Notes: a model not told the origin generated them from the sequence alone. DNA of 64,000 bases from a bacterium (GCA_043827085.1 JBDRPO010000004.1:2847-66846), one strand, 5' to 3'. Counted from the first letter of the stretch, positions 28,765 through 37,985 are shown. A program made the numbers and translations.

Positions 28765-28845
28765 GGACTGTCCTTAAAAGGAATTCCCGACCGCAAGTCA
28801 AGAAGGGCTCGCCAGCAGGCGAAAGGACAGTCCTCATTGGATAAC
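28765..28845. repeat. Palindromic repeat family B (GGACTGTCCTTAAAAGGAATTCCCG...CGAAAGGACAGTCC) immediately after the groEL stop
   Basis: Near-identical copy at 20470-20553. Shorter derivatives at 35440-35478 and 44290-44330. Confidence 0.75.
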
Positions 28846-28919
28846 GGTCAGACCCCACAGGTTACGATTTCTAAGTTGTTCTACTTGCACTCCCATTCTA
28901 TTCATGTCATAAATAGATT

Positions 28920-29297
28920 ATGTCTAAATCGCGCTTTCGTCGTGGCTCCCGCAAATCCATTTACCTCATCCTCGGTTTCTCCTTTATCCTCGCTCTCGGT
29001 TACGTCTATTTCCGCGCGCTCCTCTCACCTGCTCCCGCTCAAATCTTCCCCATCACCCCCACAGTGCTCGAATACGGCAATACCACCGTCGAAGGCACGC
29101 TCCGCAAAGATGCTCCCGCAGGCAGTCCCGGCAACTTCATTCTCGTCCTGTCAGACTCCCGCCCCATCCTCTTAGATGTCCAGGGTCTCGACCATCTCCT
29201 CAATCAAACAGTTACTGTTTCCGGCCTTCTCTCTCCCGCTGCAGAAACTAGTGCTCCTATGACTATGGTTGTCTCTCAACTTACCGTCGCTCAATAA
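28920..29297 (+). CDS. Hypothetical membrane-anchored small protein
   Basis: N-terminal TM helix (IYLILGFSFILALGYVYF), 125 aa, immediately upstream of the giant surface protein. Confidence 0.35.
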   Translation: MSKSRFRRGSRKSIYLILGFSFILALGYVYFRALLSPAPAQIFPITPTVLEYGNTTVEGTLRKDAPAGSPGNFILVLSDSRPILLDVQGLDHLLNQTVTVSGLLSPAAETSAPMTMVVSQLTVAQ

Positions 29298-29304
29298 ATT
29301 CATT

Positions 29305-32300
29305 ATGAAAAAATCCAAACTCAAAAAATCTCACCAGCCCAAATTTTACCCCTTCAAATACCTCAAATTCATCGCTCTCGCCACCATTATCTTTTTCGCC
29401 GGCTCTCTATATCTCGCCTTCCGTTACACCACCGGTCCCTTTGCTACTTTTGTCTTCCTCCATCCTCTCTCCGTCAATCTAATCAAATCTGACGTCCCCG
29501 AGCTAAATGCCAAAAATGCCGCCAAACAGGCCGCCGCTATCCATCTCAAACAAAAACCCGGTGATACAAAAGGAGCCGAAAAAGTTGCCGCCTCTGCCGC
29601 TAAGCAAGCCGTCAAGCAAACCATCCAAACCTTTGCTCCCCAGACAAAAGTGAAACCAGAAAATGCAATTGATAGTCAATCATCCACAGAACAAAAAATC
29701 ATGCAATTTGTTGAAGACACCACTGGCAAATCGCTTGATTTAAATGCTAGCATCTCTGACGCCATCAAAAAAGCTCAAGAATCAGTTGTTACAGATGACT
29801 TTGTTAGTAAAGCCGTTAATGATGCTAAATCAAACATTCCTGCAAGCTCTGGTACTAAATGTGGTAGTAGTAGCAAATCTTGCGGTGGTGGTAACGTCCC
29901 CGTCAAAGTTGGTTGCTGGGCCGCCACTGGTGGCGCACCAACCGATGAAGAGGGAAAAACTCTTCCTCAACGCTCCTGCGTCCGCTGCGGTCTCGATGCC
30001 TCCGGCGAGCCAACCTGGAATCGTGACGACAGTGGTGGTTCAGTATCCGGGAAAAACTGTAGTGATCTCTATAAACAAGATCCTTCCCAGGTCATCCTCC
30101 CCCCCAATCCTCCCACAGAATACACTCTCGGCATTTCTCAACCCAAGGGCGGGTGGGAAGGCACTAGGGTACTTGAGGATGGTACTATCATCACTTGTTC
30201 TGCCAAATTCGGTTGTTGGGATGGTGGCGCCAAAGCCAACTGCTACGATTCTGACGGTGGTGTCGTTGTGACCGGTGGCTCTGGCTCCGGTGGCAAGGGT
30301 AGATGTTTCAACGGTGGTTGGTACGAGACCGACTCTGCCTATCAAGAAGTATCAACTAATTTCGATAACACCATGAAAGCAAAATGTGAAGAGTTTGGTA
30401 AATCATTTAGCGGTGGCAAATGCGGCGGCAGCCAGGAACCTATACCCGAATCAGACTTAGGCATTCAACTTTCAGATGCACAAAAACAAGAGGAACTAAA
30501 GAAAGTCCAAGAAGCTCAAAGACTCGCCGAAGCCGCCGAAGCAAAACGCCTCGCCACTCAATATTCTGATAGTTCATGTGGCAGAAAATTGTATACTGGC
30601 GAAAAATGTTTCCCCGTCAATGTTAAAACATCTAGTGGCGAAAACCAAACCAAATACATGATCGTTCCCAATGACTTAAAAGCTACCATTACAACCCAGG
30701 GTGGTAACAACAGTATGGAGCGACAGTATTTTGCATATAAATTCGGCTCCAATTCCGGTGAAGCCAACATTCCCACCACCCCTAAACTCTCTCAAGATGG
30801 TGGTCAATTTGTCGTAAAAGCTTCAGATTGTGCAGGGGATGGCGCAAAGGGTGCTAAAGTTACTCGTTCCGGTAATCAAATGGGATATGCCTGTGGTAAC
30901 TCCAACGGTACTCCATTCGATTATGTTAAACAGCTCAACGAAATCACTGCCATGCAAAAAGCTGCAGAAGCCAAAGCTGTTTCTTCGAAAGATGACACTA
31001 TCGCGCTCCAAAATCAATCTGACAATACGCAAAGAGATAAATTGATCTTAGCCTACAATGCTCTCAAGCAAAACGGAATATCAATCAAAACAATCAAAAC
31101 TGACAATTGTAGTACCTCAGCCGATTGTCTTGACTACAATCAATATATCGATCTAATCGATCTAAATGATTTAAAACATCAAATAGACATTCATCACGAC
31201 ATCGTAAATTACGTCAATACGTATGAGCAAATTATCGATAATAACAAAAATGCGTTTTATGATAGATCATTCAAAAATTTTTGGACAGGTGAATACCACA
31301 CGAAAGTATATTGCGACCAAAACAAACTGAAGTGCATAAAAGTAGCCAATGGTATTGCCTATAATTATCTAACGGTAGATCAAATCAATACTAAAGCGGC
31401 AAGTTTACCAATCGAAAACTTTACACTCGCCCCCACCACAATTGTTTCTCCCACCAAGGAAGAATCAATCCTTACTTCTTCCGAAGAACTCCTTGCCAAA
31501 TACAACCAACTCGAAAAGGATGGGTATACAAAAACATTCAATGAAAATAATCAATACAAGATAGGGATTCTATGCGGAGACGATTGTATCAAGATTCCTG
31601 GACGTTGGTTATTTAACTACCTACCAGCCTCCACCATCGAGGAAATTTATAATAAATATTATCCAACCACTCAATCAGTCACAACTCCAACTACACCCAC
31701 CCCTCCTAACACTACTACCAACCCCGTCGCCGTTTATCCCGCCCCAGTCACTCAACCAGCCCCCACCCAACCAGGCGGCAATAGTTCAAATGGAATTAGT
31801 TTAGATTTTACCGTTGCCAAACAAAATGGCGTTACCACTCCAATGCCAGGTACCTACAGTAAAGCCACTCCAAATGGAATTCAAGTACTAGAACGCGGTT
31901 GTGGACCTCTCACCGTTTATAACGTCAAAAAATATCTCGGGCAAAATATTACCGTAGGCCAAGCCTATCAAGAATACAACTGGACTTGCACAGACAAAGG
32001 TTGTTCAACTAACGTTGATCAAACCCTCGCCGAATTAGGAGCTCGCGAAAGTTTCAAAAAGCCTATTATCGACGCTACAACTATTAAAAGTAAAGACGGC
32101 GTTTATCTTTATGGTGGTCAAGTTTCCGGAAACGAAGGCAGTAAAATTAACCACATATCAGCCTTTATTGTAGACAATGGTGTAGTCTACAAACTAGACT
32201 CCAATTTTGGCAGCAATAAGCCAGAGAAATGTTCCGACATCGCAAGTGGGAGTATTAAGTGTGGAGCTACCAGTTACCGCATAGCCCCAGCCGACCAATC

Positions 32301-32352
32301 TGACGGAATCGCCGATGCACTCTATTATCTCCCCGGCTCAGATACACAATAA
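29305..32352 (+). CDS. Large Cys-rich, Thr/Pro-linker-containing cell-surface protein (hypothetical)
   Basis: ~1015 aa. N-terminal signal anchor, K/A-rich segment, multiple Cys-rich modules, a TTPTTPTPPNTTTNP linker and a C-terminal globular domain. Confidence 0.4.
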   Translation: MKKSKLKKSHQPKFYPFKYLKFIALATIIFFAGSLYLAFRYTTGPFATFVFLHPLSVNLIKSDVPELNAKNAAKQAAAIHLKQKPGDTKGAEKVAASAAKQAVKQTIQTFAPQTKVKPENAIDSQSSTEQKIMQFVEDTTGKSLDLNASISDAIKKAQESVVTDDFVSKAVNDAKSNIPASSGTKCGSSSKSCGGGNVPVKVGCWAATGGAPTDEEGKTLPQRSCVRCGLDASGEPTWNRDDSGGSVSGKNCSDLYKQDPSQVILPPNPPTEYTLGISQPKGGWEGTRVLEDGTIITCSAKFGCWDGGAKANCYDSDGGVVVTGGSGSGGKGRCFNGGWYETDSAYQEVSTNFDNTMKAKCEEFGKSFSGGKCGGSQEPIPESDLGIQLSDAQKQEELKKVQEAQRLAEAAEAKRLATQYSDSSCGRKLYTGEKCFPVNVKTSSGENQTKYMIVPNDLKATITTQGGNNSMERQYFAYKFGSNSGEANIPTTPKLSQDGGQFVVKASDCAGDGAKGAKVTRSGNQMGYACGNSNGTPFDYVKQLNEITAMQKAAEAKAVSSKDDTIALQNQSDNTQRDKLILAYNALKQNGISIKTIKTDNCSTSADCLDYNQYIDLIDLNDLKHQIDIHHDIVNYVNTYEQIIDNNKNAFYDRSFKNFWTGEYHTKVYCDQNKLKCIKVANGIAYNYLTVDQINTKAASLPIENFTLAPTTIVSPTKEESILTSSEELLAKYNQLEKDGYTKTFNENNQYKIGILCGDDCIKIPGRWLFNYLPASTIEEIYNKYYPTTQSVTTPTTPTPPNTTTNPVAVYPAPVTQPAPTQPGGNSSNGISLDFTVAKQNGVTTPMPGTYSKATPNGIQVLERGCGPLTVYNVKKYLGQNITVGQAYQEYNWTCTDKGCSTNVDQTLAELGARESFKKPIIDATTIKSKDGVYLYGGQVSGNEGSKINHISAFIVDNGVVYKLDSNFGSNKPEKCSDIASGSIKCGATSYRIAPADQSDGIADALYYLPGSDTQ

Positions 32353-32483
32353 TCTTGTCTGATATTTCCATCAAGCCTGAAGGTATGCTATCCTACTTTC
32401 TGGCATTATTCCACCCCGGTATTCCACCCCGGGTGTGTTAGCCTTGTAGTTTAGAGTTTTTTCATTATTGGTATACTCGAATC

Positions 32484-33161
32484 ATGCCAATCAGGAAAGC
32501 CCCACTCGTTACAGGAGAGTATTACCATATATATAATCGTGGCATCAATCGGCGCCGGACTTTCACTGCCGAGAATAATTATCGAGATTATAATCGCGCC
32601 ATTCAAACCCTTGTCTACTATCGCCCCACAACCAATAAATTGAGATACTCCCATTTCCTAGCTAGGCCCAAGGACGAACAAAAAGACATTCTAACCAAAC
32701 TAGCAGAATCACCCCATAGAGTTACAATCATTGCCTACTGTCTCATGCCAAATCATTTTCACCTTCTCTTAAAACAAGAGGAAGATGGGGGGATCTCCCA
32801 GTATTTAGCCGACTTTCAAAACAGTTACACCAAATACTTCGACTCCAAACATAAACGTTCAGGCGCTCTTTTTGACCGCCAGTTTAAAGCAGTACTCATG
32901 GAATCTGAAAATCAATTGCTCCACTTGACTCGCTATATTCATCTCAATCCCTATTCATCCAATCTAGTTACAAATGATCAAATCGCTTCTTATCCATATT
33001 CATCACTACCTGAGTACTTATCAGGCAACTATCATCTCGCCAATCCAGGGGTAGTGTTGGATATCAATCCTCGCCGCTACGAGTCATTCGTCCTAGACAA
33101 TGCTGACTACCAACAGCAATTAGAACGTCTCAAACACGTCAGTCTCGATCTAGAAGTATGA
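32484..33161 (+). CDS. IS200/IS605-like HuH Y1 tyrosine transposase (REP-associated tyrosine transposase / RAYT-like)
   Basis: N-terminal YHIYNRGINRR, HuH motif HFHLLL and a catalytic Tyr in RYIHLNP. 225 aa, larger than IS200 TnpA, as in RAYT-type proteins. Confidence 0.7.
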   Translation: MPIRKAPLVTGEYYHIYNRGINRRRTFTAENNYRDYNRAIQTLVYYRPTTNKLRYSHFLARPKDEQKDILTKLAESPHRVTIIAYCLMPNHFHLLLKQEEDGGISQYLADFQNSYTKYFDSKHKRSGALFDRQFKAVLMESENQLLHLTRYIHLNPYSSNLVTNDQIASYPYSSLPEYLSGNYHLANPGVVLDINPRRYESFVLDNADYQQQLERLKHVSLDLEV

Positions 33162-33200
33162 GTTGGCGGGACGGATTGACAATACCATTCATACCATGGT

Positions 33201-33491
33201 ATGTTTAGTATTATGAAACAAAAAATCGTCGTTAGCAATGTCAGGTTCCCTTATCAAGATTGGATTATGGTAAAATCCGGGGCAGCTAACATGGGAATGA
33301 GCATAAATGAATACTTTCAGTACTTAGCCAATACCGACACCATAAAACAAGTAACCGGCACTAAAAAAATCATTCCACATACCAATCGTGAGAAAGCCTT
33401 CTCCGAATTATTTAAATTCGCGAGCCGTAAAGTAAAAGGCAAACCCATGGGGGCAAATGAAGACGATAAAATAATTTATGGCATCAAATAA
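33201..33491 (+). CDS. Ribbon-helix-helix (CopG/Arc-like) antitoxin
   Basis: VRFPYQDWIMVKSGAANMGMSINEYF matches the RHH beta-strand/helix pattern. A 14-bp perfect palindrome CATACCATGGTATG (33192-33205) overlaps the start. Overlaps the downstream PIN gene. Confidence 0.5.
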   Translation: MFSIMKQKIVVSNVRFPYQDWIMVKSGAANMGMSINEYFQYLANTDTIKQVTGTKKIIPHTNREKAFSELFKFASRKVKGKPMGANEDDKIIYGIK

Positions 33492-33888
33492 TATATTTAT
33501 CGATACAAGTTGGTTCAAGGCATTAGCTGATCCACAAGATAACTTTCACGCAAAAGCCTTAACTCAACTACAAAACTTTTCCCAATCAACCAATTTTATA
33601 ACCACCAATTTTATTTTAGATGAAACCCACACCTTAATTCGAGTCAAAACTGATCTAGAGTCTGCTCTCAATTTTCGTACTCTTCTGACCAAATTAGGAA
33701 TTATTCTCAAAGTTGTTCGAGTACTGGCCCAAGACGAATTCAAAGCTTGGGATTGGTTCCCTAAGCAGTGGAAGCGCTTATCATTTACGGACTGTACCTC
33801 TTTTGCTGTCATGCAAAGACTCGATCTAAAAGATGTCGCTACTTTTGACGATCACTTCTCCCGTGCTGGCTTTAATATGTTATCCTAA
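33478..33888 (+). CDS. vapC: PIN-domain toxin (VapC family)
   Basis: IFIDTSWFKAL...LDETHTL...FTDCTSFAVM PIN acidic-residue pattern. Confidence 0.7.
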   Translation: MASNNIFIDTSWFKALADPQDNFHAKALTQLQNFSQSTNFITTNFILDETHTLIRVKTDLESALNFRTLLTKLGIILKVVRVLAQDEFKAWDWFPKQWKRLSFTDCTSFAVMQRLDLKDVATFDDHFSRAGFNMLS

Positions 33889-33892
33889 TCAT

Positions 33893-34606
33893 ATGGCAAC
33901 TCCCCACTACAAACGTGTACTCTTAAAACTTGGTGGTGAAAGCTTGCTTGGCAACCGAGAATTCGGCATTGACCCCAAAGCCGCGACCAGCGTCGCCCAA
34001 GAAATCAAATCCATCAGCGAAACTGGCACTCAGGTAGCCGTCAGTATCGGCGCCGGCAATCTCTTCCGTGGTATTTCAGGAGCCGCAAACGGCATAGACA
34101 GGGCCACTGCCGATTATATGGGCATGCTTGCAACGGTAATGAATGCTCTCGCCCTCCAAGATGCCGTAGAGAAACTAGGCGTCCCCAGTAGAGTTCTCTC
34201 GGGTCTTGAGATGCCCGCCGTCGCCGAGCCCTACATCCGCCGCCGTGCGATCCGCCACATGGAAAAGGGGAGGGTGGTTATCCTTGCGGGTGGCTCAGGA
34301 GCCCCTTATTTTACGACTGACACCAGCGCCGCCCTCCGTGCCCTCGAACTAAACTGCGAAATCATTATGAAAGCCACCAAAGTTGATGGCGTCTACAACA
34401 AAGATCCCAATAAATTCCCCAGTGCCAAAAAATATCAAGAATTAGGTTATATGGATGCCCTCAAGGGACGTCTTGAAGTGATGGATACCTCCGCTTTTGC
34501 TCTTTGCATGGACAATCATTTGCCGATCATGGTTTTTAACTTCTTTGAAAAAGGTAACTCCCGCCGCGCCGTCCTCGGCGAAAAAATCGGGACAGTTGTA
34601 AAGTAA
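33893..34606 (+). CDS. pyrH: Uridylate kinase
   Basis: KRVLLKLGGESL...GAGNLFRG...ILAGGSGAPYFTTDTSAALRA amino-acid-kinase family motifs. Start at MATPHYKR. Confidence 0.9.
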   Translation: MATPHYKRVLLKLGGESLLGNREFGIDPKAATSVAQEIKSISETGTQVAVSIGAGNLFRGISGAANGIDRATADYMGMLATVMNALALQDAVEKLGVPSRVLSGLEMPAVAEPYIRRRAIRHMEKGRVVILAGGSGAPYFTTDTSAALRALELNCEIIMKATKVDGVYNKDPNKFPSAKKYQELGYMDALKGRLEVMDTSAFALCMDNHLPIMVFNFFEKGNSRRAVLGEKIGTVVK

Positions 34607-34612
34607 AGAAGC

Positions 34613-34752
34613 TGGTCGGACTGCCACTCCCAAATTAGTAATTAACCTACCGTCAGAAGGTCTGTTCTGCTCAGGAGATCCTGGCCGAAGGCCAAGACCT
34701 TTAGTCGACTTTAACATACAAGCGAGAGACCAGGACAGACCTTATTGGAATT
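34613..34752. repeat. MITE-like palindromic repeat family A, full-length copy after pyrH
   Basis: Aligns along its whole length with 2971-3106. Confidence 0.8.
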
Positions 34753-35299
34753 TTCCCGAGATATACCCCATCGGGTTCATCATTTTATTTCCCTGCAGCA
34801 CCTCAAAATGTAGGTGTGGTCCAGTGGTCCACCCGGTCATTCCGACTGTCCCTATCTCTTCTCCTCGGCTAACCTTATCCCCTGGTTTTACCCTCACTTT
34901 GTTCAAGTGTGCATACAAACTAGACATCGTACCATTGTGCGCAATCCGGGCGTAGTGTCCATATCCCACTCTCATTTCCTCGACCTCAATGACGATTCCC
35001 GCGTCCATCGCCAGTACCGCCGTCCCTATGGGTGCACGCAAATCCACTCCTGGGTGGAGTAGGTGATATCCTTGCGACATTCCGAGTGTAACCACCAGGG
35101 GGAATTGATACTGAGTTTGGGTGGTGATGACAATAGCTTCGTTAGCTCCATTTTGAGCTGATTGTGCCATAGCGTAGTCAAACGCATGAGTAGGGGAGAT
35201 CGCGATAGACAAAGCCATCGCCACCCCAGCCATCTGGACTCCGACCGCGCGGTGTGCTGAGTTTTTCTTGAATATCTGCCATTTATGTACTGACTTCAT
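34742..35299 (-). CDS. M23-family metallopeptidase (LytM-like), secreted
   Basis: HPGVDLRAPIGTAVLAMDAG..V.......GYGHYARIAH....SLYAHL and HLHFEV motifs (HxxxD / HxH). Signal peptide after MKSVHKWQIF. Confidence 0.8.
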   Translation of the reverse strand: MKSVHKWQIFKKNSAHRAVGVQMAGVAMALSIAISPTHAFDYAMAQSAQNGANEAIVITTQTQYQFPLVVTLGMSQGYHLLHPGVDLRAPIGTAVLAMDAGIVIEVEEMRVGYGHYARIAHNGTMSSLYAHLNKVRVKPGDKVSRGEEIGTVGMTGWTTGPHLHFEVLQGNKMMNPMGYISGKFQ

Positions 35300-35493
35300 A
35301 TTTGGGGTTAATCTAGCCCCTGAAGTGCGTGATCCTAGCAAAGAATGTCGATTTGTCAATCAAATTTTGTTTTTTTCCCAGGCAGAAACCAAGTAATCCC
35401 AGAGGTAAATACATAAATATATCAAAGTATATCAAAATGTCTTAGAGGACCGTCCTTAAGACGAAAGGACAGTCCTCGTGGTACATTAGAGGT

Positions 35494-36567
35494 ATGCAAT
35501 CTTTCGCCATCAATGGTTTTGGCCGCATCGGCCGCCTAGCCACCCGGGTTTGGTGGCAATATCATCGTGAAGAACTCAAACTCTCAGCCATCAACACTTC
35601 AGGTTCTATGGATATCACCGGTTGGGCACATCTCCTCAAGTACGACACCACCTATGGCCTTTTCCCTGGAGAAATTGCTTTCGAGTCATACCAATCCGCC
35701 AAAGATGCCACCGACACAGATCCCCTCATCGGATACCTAATATTTGATACACAATACAAGGTACCTGTCTTCGCCCAGCGAGATCCTGCTAAAATCCCCT
35801 GGGGAAAGTATGAAATCGAGGTCGTTATCGAATCAACTGGCGCCTTCACGAGTGGTGAGAAAGCCAAGGCCCACCTCACAGGTGGTGCAAAACAAGTTGT
35901 CATCTCAGCCCCAGCCAAGGGGGGTAATGTCCCGACTAGCGTTATTGGTGTCAACGAAGAAAAAATCGTCAGCGCCGACCACCAGAACACAATCGCTGTT
36001 CTCAATAACGCCAGTTGTACTACCAACTGTGTCGCCCCCGTCGCCCTCGTCATACAAGAGCGCCTAGGGATCGCCAAAGCCGCCATGACCACCATCCATA
36101 GTTATACTGACGATCAAAACCTCCAAGATGCCTCCCACAAGGACTTGCGCCGCGCTCGGGCAGCCGCCCAGAATATTGTCCCTACTACGACTGGGGCTGC
36201 CATTGCGACTACCGAAACGATACCCGAACTCAAAGGTTTATTTGATGGGATTGCCCTCCGCGTCCCCACAATTACCGGCTCTCTCACTGACTTTAGCTTT
36301 GTCGTGAAGAGAAAAACCACGGTCGATGAGGTAAATAACTTCTTCCGCCAGGCCACGCTCATGGATAACCTATCCGGCATTCTCGCGGTCACCGACGAGC
36401 CAATCGTCTCCTCCGACATCATTGGCCACCGCGAATCCGCCATTGTTGACCTCGCCCTCACTCAAGTCATTGACGGTGATCTAGTTAAAGTTTTTGCCTG
36501 GTATGACAACGAATGGGGCTATTCAAACCGTCTTGTTGAAACTGTGATCGACATCGCCAACGCCTAA
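35494..36567 (+). CDS. gap: Glyceraldehyde-3-phosphate dehydrogenase (type I)
   Basis: INGFGRIGR N-terminus and the active-site ASCTTNC motif. Confidence 0.95.
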   Translation: MQSFAINGFGRIGRLATRVWWQYHREELKLSAINTSGSMDITGWAHLLKYDTTYGLFPGEIAFESYQSAKDATDTDPLIGYLIFDTQYKVPVFAQRDPAKIPWGKYEIEVVIESTGAFTSGEKAKAHLTGGAKQVVISAPAKGGNVPTSVIGVNEEKIVSADHQNTIAVLNNASCTTNCVAPVALVIQERLGIAKAAMTTIHSYTDDQNLQDASHKDLRRARAAAQNIVPTTTGAAIATTETIPELKGLFDGIALRVPTITGSLTDFSFVVKRKTTVDEVNNFFRQATLMDNLSGILAVTDEPIVSSDIIGHRESAIVDLALTQVIDGDLVKVFAWYDNEWGYSNRLVETVIDIANA

Positions 36568-37325
36568 ATAAGCCCAAGAGCTTTTTTCACCCTCGGCCCC
36601 ATTAAGTGATCTTTATACTCCAGATATTTCTGATATTTATACTTAAGATATGGTGCCTTATCCAAATCATGATACATGTAGTCCAAGATATTTACAGCCT
36701 CTACACTATGGCTAATTAAATTGAAATCCCCGCACGATTTATACATTCGCGGTGATTTGATATTCAATAAACTACTAATTTCATCAGCAAGTTCATTTAA
36801 AAAAGCAATGCTACCACTGGAATATATTACACTTAAACGATTTGTCATTCTTCCCTTAGCCAAATATAAATTAATACACCCATCGCCGTCGAAATAACCC
36901 CTCAGAAAATATGAAAAATACTCGATAGGAATAGTAGGTAAATGCATAGTATTTGATTTACGGTGAGTCATTCCCAAATTAATCAAATCTTGATACATAA
37001 CCTTGTTCCCCATTTTTAGTACATAGCCCTCGCGTGAGGTATATTTTCCATGCCTGTGCTGCATCAGTCGGGGTGGCCTAACATAAATTGCATGTTCAGA
37101 GTTTAGACAAAGCTTAATTTTACTTAGTAATTCAAAATCATTATTACTGAATAACAGATAATACGTTCGACTAGATTTATTAGTATCGAGCAAAGATCCA
37201 TCAGCAAACATAAATCCAAGGACATATGCCATGTTCGGAGTCCACGTTTTGAAAAAAACTTCATTTACTTTTTTACGATTATGCCCACCTCTAGGATCTC
37301 GTACCATACTTCTAGTATTACCCAA
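36564..37325 (-). CDS. LAGLIDADG-family homing endonuclease (double-motif, free-standing)
   Basis: Two LAGLIDADG motifs (LGFMFADGSL and LRGYFDGDGCI), 253 aa. Markedly AT-rich relative to its neighbours. Its stop overlaps the gap stop. Confidence 0.85.
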   Translation of the reverse strand: MGNTRSMVRDPRGGHNRKKVNEVFFKTWTPNMAYVLGFMFADGSLLDTNKSSRTYYLLFSNNDFELLSKIKLCLNSEHAIYVRPPRLMQHRHGKYTSREGYVLKMGNKVMYQDLINLGMTHRKSNTMHLPTIPIEYFSYFLRGYFDGDGCINLYLAKGRMTNRLSVIYSSGSIAFLNELADEISSLLNIKSPRMYKSCGDFNLISHSVEAVNILDYMYHDLDKAPYLKYKYQKYLEYKDHLMGPRVKKALGLI

Positions 37326-37353
37326 ACACTACCCGAAGTCAACATCAAAAATG

Positions 37354-37426
37354 AGGCCCGAGGGAGATTCGAACTCCCGCATAAGAGTTTTGCAGACTCT
37401 CGACTTGACCTCTTGTCTATCGGGCC
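37354..37426 (-). tRNA. tRNA-Cys (anticodon GCA)
   Basis: Manually folded: acceptor GGCCCGA/TCGGGCC, D arm with GG, anticodon stem AGAGT/ACTCT with loop CTGCAAA, T arm GGGAG-TTCGAAT-CTCCC, discriminator U73. 73 nt, no encoded CCA. Confidence 0.9.
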
Positions 37427-37447
37427 ACAGCAGGTATTATAACCCAA

Positions 37448-37474
37448 ACAGAGCCCTGCCTTGTAAGCAGGGCT
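37448..37474 (-). terminator. Stem-loop (GAGCCCTGC-N-GCAGGGCTC) downstream of hsp20, likely intrinsic terminator
   Basis: 9-bp perfect stem followed by a U-rich run on the minus strand (TGTTTGGGTT). Confidence 0.5.
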
Positions 37475-37500
37475 CCATTCCTCAATTACTATCTCCAATC

Positions 37501-37899
37501 CTACTTTTTTATCGCAATTTTTTTCGGTTTAGCTTCTTCTGCCTTTTTGAAAGTGACGCTGATCACTCCATGCTTCACCTTGGCTTCAGGCTCAGTTGAA
37601 AGATCGATGTTGCCAGGCACCGCCACACGGTATGCGTAAGAACGGCTCGATTTTCGATAAAACTTCTTGTCTTCCTTCTCTTCCGTTTCCTCGGCTCCAG
37701 TAATCGTAAGCACTCCCTTCTCAAAAGTAATATCAACTTTATCAGGGTCAACCCCGGCCACAGCCGCTCTCACTACCACCTCATCTTTGGTTTCATAAAC
37801 ATCGAGATTATCTCCCACCTCGGACGTGAAATCTTCATCATCCCAAATATTTGGCCAGCGCAGTAGCGCTCGGGTAGGATCCCAGCGAATAATTGCCAT
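37501..37899 (-). CDS. Hsp20/alpha-crystallin small heat-shock protein
   Basis: Alpha-crystallin domain (DVYETKDEVVVRAAVAGVDPDKVDITFEKGVLTITG). Confidence 0.9.
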   Translation of the reverse strand: MAIIRWDPTRALLRWPNIWDDEDFTSEVGDNLDVYETKDEVVVRAAVAGVDPDKVDITFEKGVLTITGAEETEEKEDKKFYRKSSRSYAYRVAVPGNIDLSTEPEAKVKHGVISVTFKKAEEAKPKKIAIKK

Positions 37900-37958
37900 A
37901 TATACCTCCTTTGGTCTTCCGTAGCTTCAGCACAGGAGACCTCTAAACATTTTATTAA

Positions 37959-37985
37959 CTGGCAGTCCCAGGGATAGACTGCTAA
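37959..37985. promoter_or_regulatory. CIRCE-like inverted repeat (CTGGCAGTC-N9-GACTGCTAA) upstream of hsp20
   Basis: 9-N9-9 architecture. Right half matches CIRCE GAGTGCTAA with one mismatch; the left half is degenerate. Confidence 0.35.

Noticed and set aside
31130-31175. ATCGATCTA x2 plus AATGATTTAAAA inside the surface-protein gene as a regulatory palindrome
   Set aside because: It is in frame within a long CDS (YIDLIDLNDLKH) and only partially matches the intergenic AATGATTTAAAT motif. Probably coincidental AT-rich coding sequence.
36564-37500. Group I intron or intein housing the LAGLIDADG gene
   Set aside because: Only 28 bp separate it from tRNA-Cys, and the ORF stop overlaps the gap stop. 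There is no space for intron P-helices, and the tRNA folds intact without interruption. GroEL, DnaA, DnaN, ValS and MetS are of normal length with no intein-sized inserts.
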